This document shows positions 18,921 through 29,493 of a stretch of DNA of 64,000 nucleotides, piece by piece (position 1 is the stretch's first letter; every line of letters begins with the position of its first letter). Location of the stretch: assembly GCA_963717145.1 (NCBI GenBank), contig OY970325.1:2976001-3040000 (forward strand), given 5' to 3'. Source of the DNA: an uncultured Armatimonadetes bacterium (GTDB lineage Bacteria; Armatimonadota; UBA5829; DTJY01). Position numbers and translations under genes: made by a program. Below the pieces are notes generated by a model. The model worked only from the letters and a program-made list of their open reading frames with translations. It searched no databases and was not told where the DNA came from.

Positions 18921-20418
18921 GAAAGAGTTCACGATCGTTGATAGTGAAGTTTGTCAGGCTGGATCGGTCGCGGGTGTCTGAGGAACGCCCATGAGCATCC
19001 GCCGGCATGACTCCATCGCATCTTCACCACGCAAGTGCCAGGTCCCGAATAGACTCATCAGCGCCATGCGGGTCTCAGATCCCTTGGCCGACCGTGTGCC
19101 GCCGCTGATCTTGCGAGCCGTTACCGCAGGCCGGATCGCTCGCTCGGCCGCGTTGTTCTCGCTTGGTACTTCCGGACATTCTACGAAGACAAACAGCTCC
19201 GGCAGGAACCTCTCGATCCGCTGAGCCAGTATCCGCTGGGGAACATCCCGCTTCAGGTATGGCCTGGCGAGCCGATACAACTCTTCCTCGAATGCGATCC
19301 GCTGCTCGTGCCGAGCCTTCGACTCCTCGTTCGAATATCTCTTCGCGCGTCTGTAAACGGCCTTGACCTTGCCGACCCAGACTGCTACCCCTCTCTTGTC
19401 AGGGTTCGCCTCGACGAGCGTTCGCAAGTCCCGCAGGTAGTGCACCCAGCACCGCTGATGCCGCCCCAAGAGCACGTTGTAACCGCAGTAGAAGTCGCTT
19501 ACGACTACACCGCCGTAGTCCTCTCCCAGCACATCCTTTGCGACCTCTCCGCTCCGACTCTTGTCTCGGATGAAGTAGCGCACGCGTGGCGTCGAGAAGC
19601 TCCAGATGTATCCGTTCCTCCCGTCTTCCCGCCAGCCGGTCTCATCCGCGTTCACCGCAGGGCTTCCCCGCACCGCATGAAGAAGCTTCTCTACCTCCGA
19701 CTTCCCCATGGATGCTACCGTATGTAGTATCTTTGTGATCTCTCCGCGCCCGAGATGCAGACCGTAGAGTGATTCCAGAAGCTTCTGCACACGCTCGACC
19801 GGCATTCTACCGACCGTGTGGAGATAGCTCACCAGGCTCATCAGCCGGATGCCCACCCGGTGTGTCCCGACCACCTCTTCGGAGAGGTCGAGCTTCGGCA
19901 CGTGTATCTTGTGGCAGACTCCGCAGTACCGTCCGATCACCAGGTGCTCGATGATCCTGACCGGCATCACCGGTATCTCGATCACCTGCCGGCTGTGATG
20001 CATCGTGCCGCCGGAGAGCTTCCTGCCGCAGTCGGGACAGGTGTCGAGCGCGTGCTCCACGATCTCCGTGGGGGTCTCCCTCAAGCGGGCAAACGACTTC
20101 TGCCGCTTCTTGCGATCCTTCTTCTTGCGCTCGGGCCGGTTTGCCTTCACAAAGGCAGGTATCGTCCTGCCGCCGCCACCGAGCTTGGACCGGAGTTCTT
20201 CATTCTCCTTCTCAAGCGCTCGGACGCGTTCGGTCAGGGTGTCTACACCTTCACGCAACTCCAGGACGGCCTGATGCTGCTCTCGGATCGCCTGGTGCTG
20301 CTCCAAGACGATGCCGATCAGTTCTTCTCTTGATAGGTTGCCGAGATCGTTCACAACCTACCATTCGACAGCCGATCCTGGGTACTTCCTCAGATTATCA
20401 ATGATCGTGAACTCTTAC
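18921..20418 (-). mobile_element. IS66-family element (single-ORF, ISBst12-like), copy 1
   Basis: Imperfect terminal inverted repeats GTAAGAGTTCACGATCATTGATA / GAAAGAGTTCACGATCGTTGATA; 8-bp direct repeat GTCAAGGA at 18913-18920 and 20419-20426. Confidence 0.92.
18954..20354 (-). CDS. tnpC: IS66 transposase
   Basis: Coiled coil, CPDCG zinc finger, ADETGW, VSDFY, QRCWVH, NNAAERAIRP. Confidence 0.93.
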   Translation of the reverse strand: MNDLGNLSREELIGIVLEQHQAIREQHQAVLELREGVDTLTERVRALEKENEELRSKLGGGGRTIPAFVKANRPERKKKDRKKRQKSFARLRETPTEIVEHALDTCPDCGRKLSGGTMHHSRQVIEIPVMPVRIIEHLVIGRYCGVCHKIHVPKLDLSEEVVGTHRVGIRLMSLVSYLHTVGRMPVERVQKLLESLYGLHLGRGEITKILHTVASMGKSEVEKLLHAVRGSPAVNADETGWREDGRNGYIWSFSTPRVRYFIRDKSRSGEVAKDVLGEDYGGVVVSDFYCGYNVLLGRHQRCWVHYLRDLRTLVEANPDKRGVAVWVGKVKAVYRRAKRYSNEESKARHEQRIAFEEELYRLARPYLKRDVPQRILAQRIERFLPELFVFVECPEVPSENNAAERAIRPAVTARKISGGTRSAKGSETRMALMSLFGTWHLRGEDAMESCRRMLMGVPQTPATDPA

Positions 20419-20426
20419 GTCAAGGA

Positions 20427-21927
20427 GAAAGAGTTCACGATCGTTGATAGTGAAGTTTGTCAGGCTGGATCGGTCGCGGGTGTCTGAGGAACGCCCATGA
20501 GCATCCGCCGGCATGACTCCATCGCATCTTCGCCGCGCAAGTGCCATGTCCCGAACAGACTCATGAGCGCCATTCGGGTCTCCGATCCTTTGGCCGAGCG
20601 TGTGCCGCCACTCACCTTCCGGGCCGTTACCGCAGGCCGGATCGCCCGCTCGGCGGCGTTGTTTTCAGACGGCACTTCTGGATGCTCCACAAAGACAAAC
20701 ATCTCCGGCAGGAACTTCTCGATCCGTTCAGCGAGTATTCGCTGGGGAACATCCCGCTTCAGATATGGCTTGGCGAGCCGATACAACTCTTCCTCGAATG
20801 CGATCCGCTGCTTCTGCCCGGCCTTCGAACCATCGCCCGAAAATGCCTTCGCGCGCCTGTAGATGGCCTTGACCTTGCCCACCCAGACTGCTACCCCTCT
20901 CTTGTCAGGGTTCGCCTCGACGAGCGTTCGCAAGTCCCGCAGGTAGTGCACCCAGCACCGCTGATGCCGCCCCAAGAGCACGTTGTAACCGCAGTAGAAG
21001 TCGCTTACGACTACACCGCCGTAGTCCTCTCCCAGCACATCCTTTGCGACCTCTCCGCTCCGACTCTTGTCTCGGATGAAGTAGCGCACGCGTGGCGTCG
21101 AGAAGCTCCAGATGTATCCGTTCCTCCCGTCTTCCCGCCAGACCGGTCTCATCCGCGTTCACCGCAGGGCTTCCCCGCACCGCATGAAGAAGCTTCTCTA
21201 CCTCCGACTTCCCCATGGATGCTACCGTATGTAGTATCTTTGTGATCTCTCCGCGCCCGAGATGCAGACCGTAGAGTGATTCCAGAAGCTTCTGCACACG
21301 CTCGACCGGCATTCTACCGACCGTGTGGAGATAGCTCACCAGGCTCATCAGCCGGATGCCCACCCGGTGCGTTCCGACTACCTCTCCAGAGAGATCGAGC
21401 TTCGGCATATGCCTCTTGTGGCAGACTCCGCAGTACCGTCCGATCACCCTGTGCTCGATGACCCTGACCGGTGCTATCGGTATCTCGATTACCTGCCGGC
21501 TGTGATGCACCGTGCCGCCGGAGAGCTTCCTGCCGCAGTCGGGACAGATGTCGAGCGCATGCTCCACGATCTCAGTCGGAGTCTCCCTCAGCCGCGCAAA
21601 CGACTTCTGTCGCTTCTTGCGGTCTTTCTTCTTGCGCTCGGGCCGGTTTGCCTTCACAAAGGCAGGAATCGTCCTGCCGCCGCCACCGAGCTTGGACCGG
21701 AGTTCCTCGTTCTCCTTCTCAAGCGCTCGGACGCGTTCGGTCAGGGTGTCCATCCCTTCACGCAACTCCAGGACGGCCTGATGCTGCTCTCGGATCGCCT
21801 GGTGCTGCTCCAAGACGATGCCGATCAGTTCTTCTCTTGATAGGTTGCCGAGATCGTTCACAACCTACCATTCGACAGCCGATCCTGGGGTACCTTCCTC
21901 AGATTATCAATGATCGTGAACTCTTAC
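20427..21927 (-). mobile_element. IS66-family element, copy 2 (divergent isoform; transposase 20460-21861 frameshifted near 21140)
   Basis: Same terminal repeats; third GTCAAGGA at 21928-21935; ORFs 20905-21861 and 20460-21152. Confidence 0.92.
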
Positions 21928-22074
21928 GTCAAGGAGCAAGGGACATGGAAATTGTTGTATGCTACGGATGACACTTCACCGACGCGTCTAGTGAGTGGGT
22001 TCACACGTGACAGTAGAAGGACAACGCTCCGGATAGAGCCTTTGCTCCATCCCATCTTCTTCTTGACAGCCGGG

Positions 22075-23288
22075 CTATCCTCGACCGCGGGTGCGGTAGT
22101 ACTGCATGCCTTCGATGAGGGTGCGGAGGTTCTCCCAGGGGACTCCGGGGGCGATGGAGCTGGATGCGCCGAGGAATAGACCGGTCGGGGGCCCGCATTC
22201 GACGAGCCAGTCGAGTTCGCGCTTGACATCGGCGGGAGTGCCCATCGGAAGCGTGCGCGTGACCGATGAGCCGGCGATGATGATGAGGTTGCGGCCCTCG
22301 CGGTCCTTCATGCGGCAGATCCGCTCGTAGTCCATCCCGTCCTCGTACTGGAACCCCTGGAACCCGCTGAGCCCGACATCGAGCAGGCGGGGACCATCTG
22401 CATCAGGTTGCCGTCACAGTGCCAGATCAGGCGGACACCGGTCTTGAGGACGGGCGACAGGCAGCGGGCGAAGTGCGGGAACCAGATGCGATCGAGCGAA
22501 TCGATCCGGACGAGCGTGCCTCGGGAGTCCGCCATGTCGTGATCGAGGCGGTAGAGCGGCGGGAGGTCTCCCTCGACGAACGCGCGGGCGGCGGCCCGGT
22601 TGTTCTTGAGCGCGACATCGGCCTGGAGGGAGAAGTGCTTCTCCAGAACGTCGGGATAGAGGGCGTATGCGGAGAAGTAGTTCACATAGCCGTATGTCCC
22701 GTAGGCGAAACCGGGGAAGGCGATGAACCCGTATGGGCCCTTCAGGATCGATGGGCCGAACTTCTCCTGGATGGCGCGCTCGTTGGCGAGGATCTGCCCC
22801 ACCACAGCGTCCTCCTCCGGTTTCCCCGTAGTGGCCGTGCCTCCGTGCCGGCCATGCCATGTTGGAGGCCGGCACGGAGGCACGGCCACTACGGGTGGAT
22901 TGGAGTTGCCGGCGGCGGCACGGAGCTTCGGGAAGACGAACCGCTCCATGTGCTCGGCGACGGCTTCCGGCGAGTCGATGAGTATGTCGTCGAGGACGAG
23001 GGTCTCACCGCCGGTGGTCGCGCCGTGAGCCTTGCCCTGGAAGCCTTGATCGCCCATCGTGAGCGGGTTCTCCGGGATGTACTGATCGAGCAGGCACGTG
23101 CCGAGGGCGCGCTGCATCGCGAGGTAGACTTCCTCGGGGCGCTTGGCGTAATCGCCCGGAGCCGCGCCGGCGATGCGCTCGATGTGGGCGTGCTCCATCA
23201 CGTTGAGCAGCCACGAGGGGATGCCCTTCACGGGACGCTGGTGGATCGTGTCGAGCGCGAGTTGTGCGTTTTCGGTCATCTGGACCAT
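22075..23288 (-). CDS. URO-D/MtaA-CmuA family protein (indel near 22390) with an in-frame REP insertion
   Basis: DHDMADSRG, IWHCDGNL, GFQGFQYEDGMD, LPMGTPADVKRE, LGASSSIAPGVPWEN. Confidence 0.8.
22825..22895. repeat. GTAG-REP doublet (family C) inside the coding sequence
   Basis: cccGTAGtggccgtgcctccgtgccggcc...ggccggcacggaggcacggccaCTACggg; the same family occurs at 47438 and 56124. Confidence 0.92.
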
Positions 23289-23313
23289 TGCGGCCTCACT
23301 GAAGCGATTCCGT

Positions 23314-23431
23314 GCAGCCCGGAACTGACCCTCACCCCCGGCCCCTCTCCCTCAGAAGGGCGAGGGGGGTTGGCTCTCCCCTCGCCCTTCTGAGGGAGAG
23401 GGGCCGGGGGTGAGGGTCAGTTCCGGGCTGC
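23314..23431. repeat. Long inverted repeat (CCCTCACCCCCGGCCCCTCTCCC family doublet)
   Basis: gcagcccggaactgaccctcaccccc...gggggtgagggtcagttccgggctgc. Confidence 0.9.
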
Positions 23432-23441
23432 GACAGTCTAG

Positions 23442-25029
23442 CAGCCTGTCCATGAAATAACCTCTGGCGCAAGGTGCCAGGTATGTAGTAAAATACGGGT
23501 ATGAGCAAGCCATACCTTCCTTATCAACCTGACCAGATATTGCTGTTGCCGCCCTTGATGTCGGAGTGGCTGCCCGAGGGACATCTCGCATACTTTGTGA
23601 GCGATGTCGTAGACAGTCTCGACCTTTCCGCGATATACGCCTCATACGAGAAAGAGGCCCGAGGAGCGCCGCCGTTCCATCCGGCAATGCTTACAAAGAT
23701 CATATTCTACGGTTTGTGCCGGGGAGTGTATTCATCTCGAAAGCTCTCCCTGGCCACGTATGAAGATGTAGCCTTCCGGGTGCTTGCGGCAGGAAATCAT
23801 CCCGACTTCCGCACGATAAGCGAGTTCAGGAAGAGGCATCTCAAGTCCCTTGCGGACCTGTTTGTGCAAGTGCTCAGGCTATGCGCAAGCGCCGGGCTTG
23901 TGTCGATGAAACACATAGCCATAGACGGAACAAAGCTGCTTGCCAACGCAAGCAAGCACTCCGCCATGAGCTACTCTCGGATGGTCGAGAAAGAAAAAGA
24001 GCTTCAGGCTGAGATCGAGGCGCTCCTTGCGAAGGGTCTTTCTGTGGACGACCAGGAAGACGCGGAATATGGTCTTGACCGCCGAGGAGACGAACTCCCG
24101 GAGGAACTCGCAACCAGAGAGAAGCGGCTCGCCAAGATCAGGGAAGCAAAAGAAGCGCTGGAGCGCGAGGCCAAAGAGCGAGCATCAGCCGAAGAAGCGA
24201 TGCGAGCCCAAGAGAAGGCGGAGCAGGAAGCATCCGGGAAGAAGCCTCGCGGCAGAGAGCCGGGGCCCGTAAAGACAGAGCCGGAAGGGAAGGCACAGCG
24301 GAACTTCACAGACCCGGAAAGCCGGATAATGAAGGACGCAAAGAAAGCCTTCGTGCAGGCATACAACGGACAAGCTGCGGTAGACGCAGATCATCAGATT
24401 GTAGTGGCGTGTGATCTCACGAACCAGGCAGCGGACTCACCGCATCTTAGTGACATGATCGAGGCAATCAAGGAGAACACCGGAAAGAAACCGGAAGAAC
24501 TATCCGCCGATGCCGGATACTTCAGCAGCGACAACATAGAGATGGTCGAGCAGCAAGGGATCGACGCTTATATACCGCCTGACAGACAACGTCATGGCAA
24601 AGAGCCGACGGCGCCTTCCTGCCTTGATCCGGCAAAGCAATCCGCCGCAGATCGCCAGAGAGCAAAGCTCTTGACTCCTCTTGGCCGAAAGATCTACGGG
24701 AGGCGGAAGGAGACGGTAGAGCCGGTGTTCGGCCAGATCAAGAGCGCACGGAACTTCCGAGGCTTCCTACTCCGAGGCCTTGCGAAAGCGAAGTCGGAGT
24801 GGACGCTTGCGTGTCTTGGGCACAACATGCTGAAGCTATACCGATACGGCGACCGGAAATCGATCTTCGATACGTAGATATATGACCTGGATCAGGCTGA
24901 TTATCAAGGTACAAGGGGTCTTTACAGACCCTCGCCGGAAATCCGGCGAAAAACACTATCGAACAGCAGCCAGCGCGACCCCGCAGATGGGAAACTCACC
25001 CACATAGCGGGGAATTCTCAGACAGGCTG
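23442..25029 (+). mobile_element. IS1182-family element, copy 1 (1588 bp)
   Basis: Ends CAGCCTGTC...GACAGGCTG with CTAG duplicated on both sides; same length and same protein as 53269-54856. Confidence 0.93.
23501..24877 (+). CDS. IS1182 DDE transposase
   Basis: WLPEGHLAYFV, PDFRTISEFR, IDGTKLLANAS, TDPESRIM, ADAGYFS, RKETVEPVFGQIK. Confidence 0.93.
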   Translation: MSKPYLPYQPDQILLLPPLMSEWLPEGHLAYFVSDVVDSLDLSAIYASYEKEARGAPPFHPAMLTKIIFYGLCRGVYSSRKLSLATYEDVAFRVLAAGNHPDFRTISEFRKRHLKSLADLFVQVLRLCASAGLVSMKHIAIDGTKLLANASKHSAMSYSRMVEKEKELQAEIEALLAKGLSVDDQEDAEYGLDRRGDELPEELATREKRLAKIREAKEALEREAKERASAEEAMRAQEKAEQEASGKKPRGREPGPVKTEPEGKAQRNFTDPESRIMKDAKKAFVQAYNGQAAVDADHQIVVACDLTNQAADSPHLSDMIEAIKENTGKKPEELSADAGYFSSDNIEMVEQQGIDAYIPPDRQRHGKEPTAPSCLDPAKQSAADRQRAKLLTPLGRKIYGRRKETVEPVFGQIKSARNFRGFLLRGLAKAKSEWTLACLGHNMLKLYRYGDRKSIFDT

Positions 25030-26253
25030 CTAGGCTTTCGGATCGAACTGCGGGACTTTGAGCTGCTTGCCGCCTTCTAGCGCCGACTTGTGAGCGACGA
25101 TGCCCGGCACGGTCATCGCCAGCGCCGCGTAGATGTCGACAGCCGGCTTGCGGTCGTGCATCAATGCGTCGATGAACTCGTGGGTCAGGAAGGTATGCGA
25201 TCCGCCGTGTCCGCTCGGATGACGAAGCGGTTCGGGAAGCATGTCGGTCATCCAGTAATCGGGCTGAGCATAGGGTTCCAGCTTCGGTTCGCCGCGGGCG
25301 AATCCGGCATCGTCGGTCCCCATCTTATCCTGGAAGCTGACCGTCATGTGACCGAGGCCGTTCGGATTGGGATCGAAGAAGCTCATCTTCTCGCCGAACC
25401 ACTGGCCGCGTTCAGTCCCTCTGACCGGCGCGTTCCAGTATACGCCGACGCGGAAGCCGTGCCCCTTGTCAGTCGTGAAGAACCCGGTCTCGTTGCAGAA
25501 CGGGTTGTCATACTGATTATCTTTGTAGAACTGCGAGCCGTCGCTCCAGCCCGTGCAGGAAACCTTGGTGAGCCGCTCGCCGGTCACTCCGACGAGGTAG
25601 GCGGTGCAGTGGGTCGGATAGTTCATGGGCGCGAGGCCGTAGCGCCAGGTTCTCACTCCATCCTCGACGTAGAGCACCGCAAGCCCGGGATGATGGTACT
25701 CGGCCTCGGTGTAGAAGATCTCGCCGAACTTGCCTTCCTTGAACCACTGGCGGGCCGAGATCACCGAGCCGTGGTAATAGCTGGTTTCGCACATCATATA
25801 GGTGAGGCCCGTCTTCTTCACGGCGGCGAGCAGTTCCTCGGCCTCGTCGATCGTCATGCACGCGGGGACGGCGGAGATGACGTGCTTGCCGGCTTTGAGG
25901 CATGCAACCGCGTGCCGGACGTGATCGGGCGCGCCGGTGTAGACCCCGACCGCATCGACGTTCTTGTCCTTGATGAGTTCCTCGAGCGACGGGTATGTCT
26001 TATCGCAGCCGTAGGTCTTGACGAGGTTCGCCAAGCGCTCGGGCCTGAGATCGCTGACGGCCTCGACGATGCAGTCGGGATGCTCGTGCCAATGGAACGT
26101 CGCGCCGAATCGTCCGCCGACGATACCGATACGTATCTTCTTCACCGGTGTGCTCCTTTCCGACTGAGCGGCGACGATGCCGGGGGACAGCGCCATCCCG
26201 AGTATGGTCGCGCCTCCTGCCTGGAGGAATTGTCTCCTGGTGTAATCTGTCAC
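25030..26253 (-). CDS. Gfo/Idh/MocA family oxidoreductase with a Tat signal
   Basis: TRRQFLQ signal; IRIGIVGG; GKHVISAVP; HGGSH. Confidence 0.85.
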   Translation of the reverse strand: MTDYTRRQFLQAGGATILGMALSPGIVAAQSERSTPVKKIRIGIVGGRFGATFHWHEHPDCIVEAVSDLRPERLANLVKTYGCDKTYPSLEELIKDKNVDAVGVYTGAPDHVRHAVACLKAGKHVISAVPACMTIDEAEELLAAVKKTGLTYMMCETSYYHGSVISARQWFKEGKFGEIFYTEAEYHHPGLAVLYVEDGVRTWRYGLAPMNYPTHCTAYLVGVTGERLTKVSCTGWSDGSQFYKDNQYDNPFCNETGFFTTDKGHGFRVGVYWNAPVRGTERGQWFGEKMSFFDPNPNGLGHMTVSFQDKMGTDDAGFARGEPKLEPYAQPDYWMTDMLPEPLRHPSGHGGSHTFLTHEFIDALMHDRKPAVDIYAALAMTVPGIVAHKSALEGGKQLKVPQFDPKA

Positions 26254-26265
26254 GTCTGCCTCCTA

Positions 26266-26347
26266 TGGAGTGCGGAAGCGGAGTCTGCGGAGCTTCCGCT
26301 TTCGGATACAAAGCGGAAGCTCCGCAGACTCCGCTTCCGCACTCCAC
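26266..26347. repeat. Palindromic doublet (GGAGTGCG family)
   Basis: tggagtgcggaagcggagtctgcggagcttccgctt...aagcggaagctccgcagactccgcttccgcactcca. Confidence 0.88.
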
Positions 26348-26351
26348 AAAT

Positions 26352-26384
26352 AAAAAGGGCCTCGGACAGAAGCCCGAGGCCCTT
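26352..26384 (-). terminator. Rho-independent terminator after gspD
   Basis: Minus strand aagggcctcgggcttctgtccgaggccc followed by TTTTT. Confidence 0.75.
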
Positions 26385-26396
26385 GATTACGCTGTA

Positions 26397-28793
26397 CTAC
26401 TTCGTCCCGGCAGTTTCCTGCACACCGGTATTGATGTCGCCGTCCTTCGGCTTGTTCGAGAGTTCGTTCTTCACTTGCTCAGTGACCTCTGAGACCGCAT
26501 CGTCGTCGATCAGAATGTGCGGCGTCAGGAAGACCATCAGCTCGCTCTTGGTGTTGTTCCACGAGCGCGACTTGAACAGCTCGCCGATCAACGGAATGCG
26601 CGATATGATCGGGACTGCACTCGTAACGCGCTCCTTGTTCTCTTTGATGATCCCGCCGATCACGATCGTCTGCCCGTCCTTGACTATGATAGAGGTCTCG
26701 GCGCGGCGGTTCGCGATGATCGGAGCGTTCAGCTCCGGCTCTCGGCCTATGATCTCGTTGATCGTCTGGAGCACGTCGAGGGAGATCGTTCGGCTCTCTC
26801 CATCTGTTGGGTTCGCTCCATTGACGTGCGGCGTCACCGTAAGCGCAACCGCGACGTTCTTGAAGTCGACCGTGCGGATGAAGTTGCCCGAGTTCGTCTG
26901 CTGCTCAGACGATATGAACGGCTGATCGCTGCCGATGCTGATCGTGGCTTCCACGTTGTCCGCCGTAGTTATCCTCGGGACGGAGTACACCTTGACATCC
27001 GACCGTGTCTCCAGGGCACGCAGCATGGCTTTGAGGTTGTCGCTGATGATGCTGTACTTCAGGCCCAGAGTCTGCTTGGCCAGATCGAAGTTCGTGCTCG
27101 CAGATTCCTTGGGAGTGCCGTCGGGATTCGTCTTGCCGCTCAACCAGCTCCACTCAACGCCGAACTTGGTATCGTCGTTGAGCGTTACATCGATGATGGC
27201 CACCTCGATGTAGATCTGAGGAGTGCGCTTGTCGAGCAACTCAATCATCTTCTCGATTGCCGTGAAGGACTGCGGTGGGCCGGTGATCAGGAGGCTGTTG
27301 GTCTTCTCCTCGGCGACGACGGTGATATTCCTGAGCTGAGAGAGCGGACTGCCCTCATCCTGGTTCCTGCTGCTCCCAGAGCCGAAGATCATGTCGAAGA
27401 AGCTTCCGGAACGCCGGGACTCCCCTCGGAACAGCCGGTTGAGAGAGTCGGCCAGTTCCACGGCCGTAGCATATTTGAGCTGGAAGATGCGCATGATCTC
27501 GCTCATGACCTTGGGAGCATCGAGTTCCTTGATCATGTCATCGAAGGCCCTCAGGTTCTGCTCGGTGGCCGTCACGATCACCGAGTTGGTGCGAATATCG
27601 GCGACGATAACATTGCGCTTGAGACCCGCGTACCCTGTGGACTGGCCCCGGTTACTGCCGCCGCCGTACCAGTAGTCCCAGGGATTCCGGCGGCTGCTGG
27701 AATCCACTCCGCCCTGAGGCTGCTCGAAGAGATTGTTGAGCTGCGTGGCCACCATGTTGGCATCGGCATAGGTCAGGGGATAGACCTTTGACTTGACCTC
27801 AGGTTCGGTATCGACATCGAGCTTCTTCAGAGTGTCCAGGACCAGCTTGATCTTCTCTTTCGACGCCGAGATGATCAGGCTGTTGGTGCGGGCATCCGGA
27901 GCAAGGCGTATCTCACCCTTGAGGCTCATGATGCCGTCGTCTGTCTTCACCTGCTGCGGCTGCCCCTCCTGTCGCTGCTGTGGTTGCTGTCCCGGCCCGC
28001 CGGCCGGTTTGAGCTGGTATATCTGCGTCAGCGTCTCAGCCAGGCTGTCGGCGCTGGAGAACTTGCACCGGTAGACCTCGACTTCGATGACATCCGACGT
28101 GTCTTTGTCGAGCGCCCTGATGACCTCGGCGACGCGCTTGACGTTCCCGGCATTGTCGGTGACGATCAAGGTGTTGGTCGTGGTGATGGCGACACAACTC
28201 GCCTGTGTCTCATCGATCAGAGACTTGAGGTCGTCCTTCAGCTTCAGGGCGCTGATGTACGAAAGGGGAATGACCTGCGTCACCATGTTGTCGCTTGGGA
28301 CCATCTGGTCCGGATCGCTGCCCGAAAGAACGGTCACATGGTCCGAGACCGCCTTCTTGAGGGACGTCACACGGATGACCTTGTCGGTGAGTGTTCCGAC
28401 CATCAGGAATCCGCGCACCCTCAGGGCGGCGTTGACGACCTCGTAGGCGTCGCACAGAAAGATCTCCTTCTGGCTGACGATGGTGACGTTGCCGGTCAGC
28501 GCCGGGTCACAGACGATCGGTACCCCGGCCGCCGTGCTGATGAACTTTACGACGCTGACGACATCCGCCTTGTCGAAGCTCATCGAGACCTTGGTTTCGG
28601 CGGGATCGGGCCGCTTGGTCGCTTCGGGAGACTTCTCCTTGGGCGCTTCGGCGGGCAGACCGGGCAGCGGCGTGACGCTGGCCGGTGCTACCTCCTTCTC
28701 CGCCGACGGAGGCGTCGCCGCGTTCTGCGCGAACCCCCCGACCGATAGGGCTGTTAAGAATATGATTGCGAGTACCCCTGATATAAAACGCAT
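26397..28793 (-). CDS. gspD: Type II secretion secretin
   Basis: Signal peptide; Secretin_N repeats (DARTNSLII, DIRTNSVIV); C-terminal GQTIVIGGII..VPIISRIPLIGELFK..SELMVFLTPHI. Confidence 0.93.
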   Translation of the reverse strand: MRFISGVLAIIFLTALSVGGFAQNAATPPSAEKEVAPASVTPLPGLPAEAPKEKSPEATKRPDPAETKVSMSFDKADVVSVVKFISTAAGVPIVCDPALTGNVTIVSQKEIFLCDAYEVVNAALRVRGFLMVGTLTDKVIRVTSLKKAVSDHVTVLSGSDPDQMVPSDNMVTQVIPLSYISALKLKDDLKSLIDETQASCVAITTTNTLIVTDNAGNVKRVAEVIRALDKDTSDVIEVEVYRCKFSSADSLAETLTQIYQLKPAGGPGQQPQQRQEGQPQQVKTDDGIMSLKGEIRLAPDARTNSLIISASKEKIKLVLDTLKKLDVDTEPEVKSKVYPLTYADANMVATQLNNLFEQPQGGVDSSSRRNPWDYWYGGGSNRGQSTGYAGLKRNVIVADIRTNSVIVTATEQNLRAFDDMIKELDAPKVMSEIMRIFQLKYATAVELADSLNRLFRGESRRSGSFFDMIFGSGSSRNQDEGSPLSQLRNITVVAEEKTNSLLITGPPQSFTAIEKMIELLDKRTPQIYIEVAIIDVTLNDDTKFGVEWSWLSGKTNPDGTPKESASTNFDLAKQTLGLKYSIISDNLKAMLRALETRSDVKVYSVPRITTADNVEATISIGSDQPFISSEQQTNSGNFIRTVDFKNVAVALTVTPHVNGANPTDGESRTISLDVLQTINEIIGREPELNAPIIANRRAETSIIVKDGQTIVIGGIIKENKERVTSAVPIISRIPLIGELFKSRSWNNTKSELMVFLTPHILIDDDAVSEVTEQVKNELSNKPKDGDINTGVQETAGTK

Positions 28794-28821
28794 AGAGCTA
28801 TCCTTCCTCCAAAAACCTTCC

Positions 28822-29493
28822 CTAGCCACCCGGTTTCGGCTGACCCTCGGGGCCGCCTGGCTTCCCATCGCCGCCCGGTTTCGCCGGAGCCGCAGGCGCA
28901 TCGGTCTTGTTCTCACCCATCGTCAGGGTGAACTGCAGTCCGTTCTTCTCGAGCACCACCAACTGCGAGTTGATCGTCATCACGCGGTAACCGAAGGCGC
29001 TCTCGCCCTGCCCGACGAACCGCGTCTCCTTGGACTGCAGGTTCTCGAGCAGAGCCATCTGTCCGCTCGGCATCCCGACCGCTCCGGTGAAAGCGATGTT
29101 CTTCTTGACCTCGTCGATGTTGCCCGCAGGAGCAACCGGCATCGGCGGGAGCAGCGGCTTAGCCGGGGGAGTTGGAGGCGTCGCGGGCTTGCCGCCTTGA
29201 CCGGGCTGCTGAACGGCGCCCACCGGCTGGAACAGGTTGCGCTCAACTATGATTGCATACGGATCACCGCTTGTGGACGCGGTGACGGCCCCGGCCTTGC
29301 CCTTCTTCTCATCAGCTCTGGCGTTGATCCCCTTAGCACCGGACTTGCCGGCGACGGCATAGGCAGGCGTCGTGTCGGCCATCTTTCTCACCGTAACCAC
29401 GACTCCACTGAGAATGACTATCATGGCGATCATGCAGTACGCCGCGATGCGCGGAGACACCTGAATCGATCGCAAACGGTCAATAGCGCTCAT
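28822..29493 (-). CDS. T2SS GspC/PilP-like protein
   Basis: N-terminal transmembrane segment, YAIIVERNLFQP, Pro-rich linker and HR-like beta domain; directly upstream of gspD. Confidence 0.6.
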   Translation of the reverse strand: MSAIDRLRSIQVSPRIAAYCMIAMIVILSGVVVTVRKMADTTPAYAVAGKSGAKGINARADEKKGKAGAVTASTSGDPYAIIVERNLFQPVGAVQQPGQGGKPATPPTPPAKPLLPPMPVAPAGNIDEVKKNIAFTGAVGMPSGQMALLENLQSKETRFVGQGESAFGYRVMTINSQLVVLEKNGLQFTLTMGENKTDAPAAPAKPGGDGKPGGPEGQPKPGG

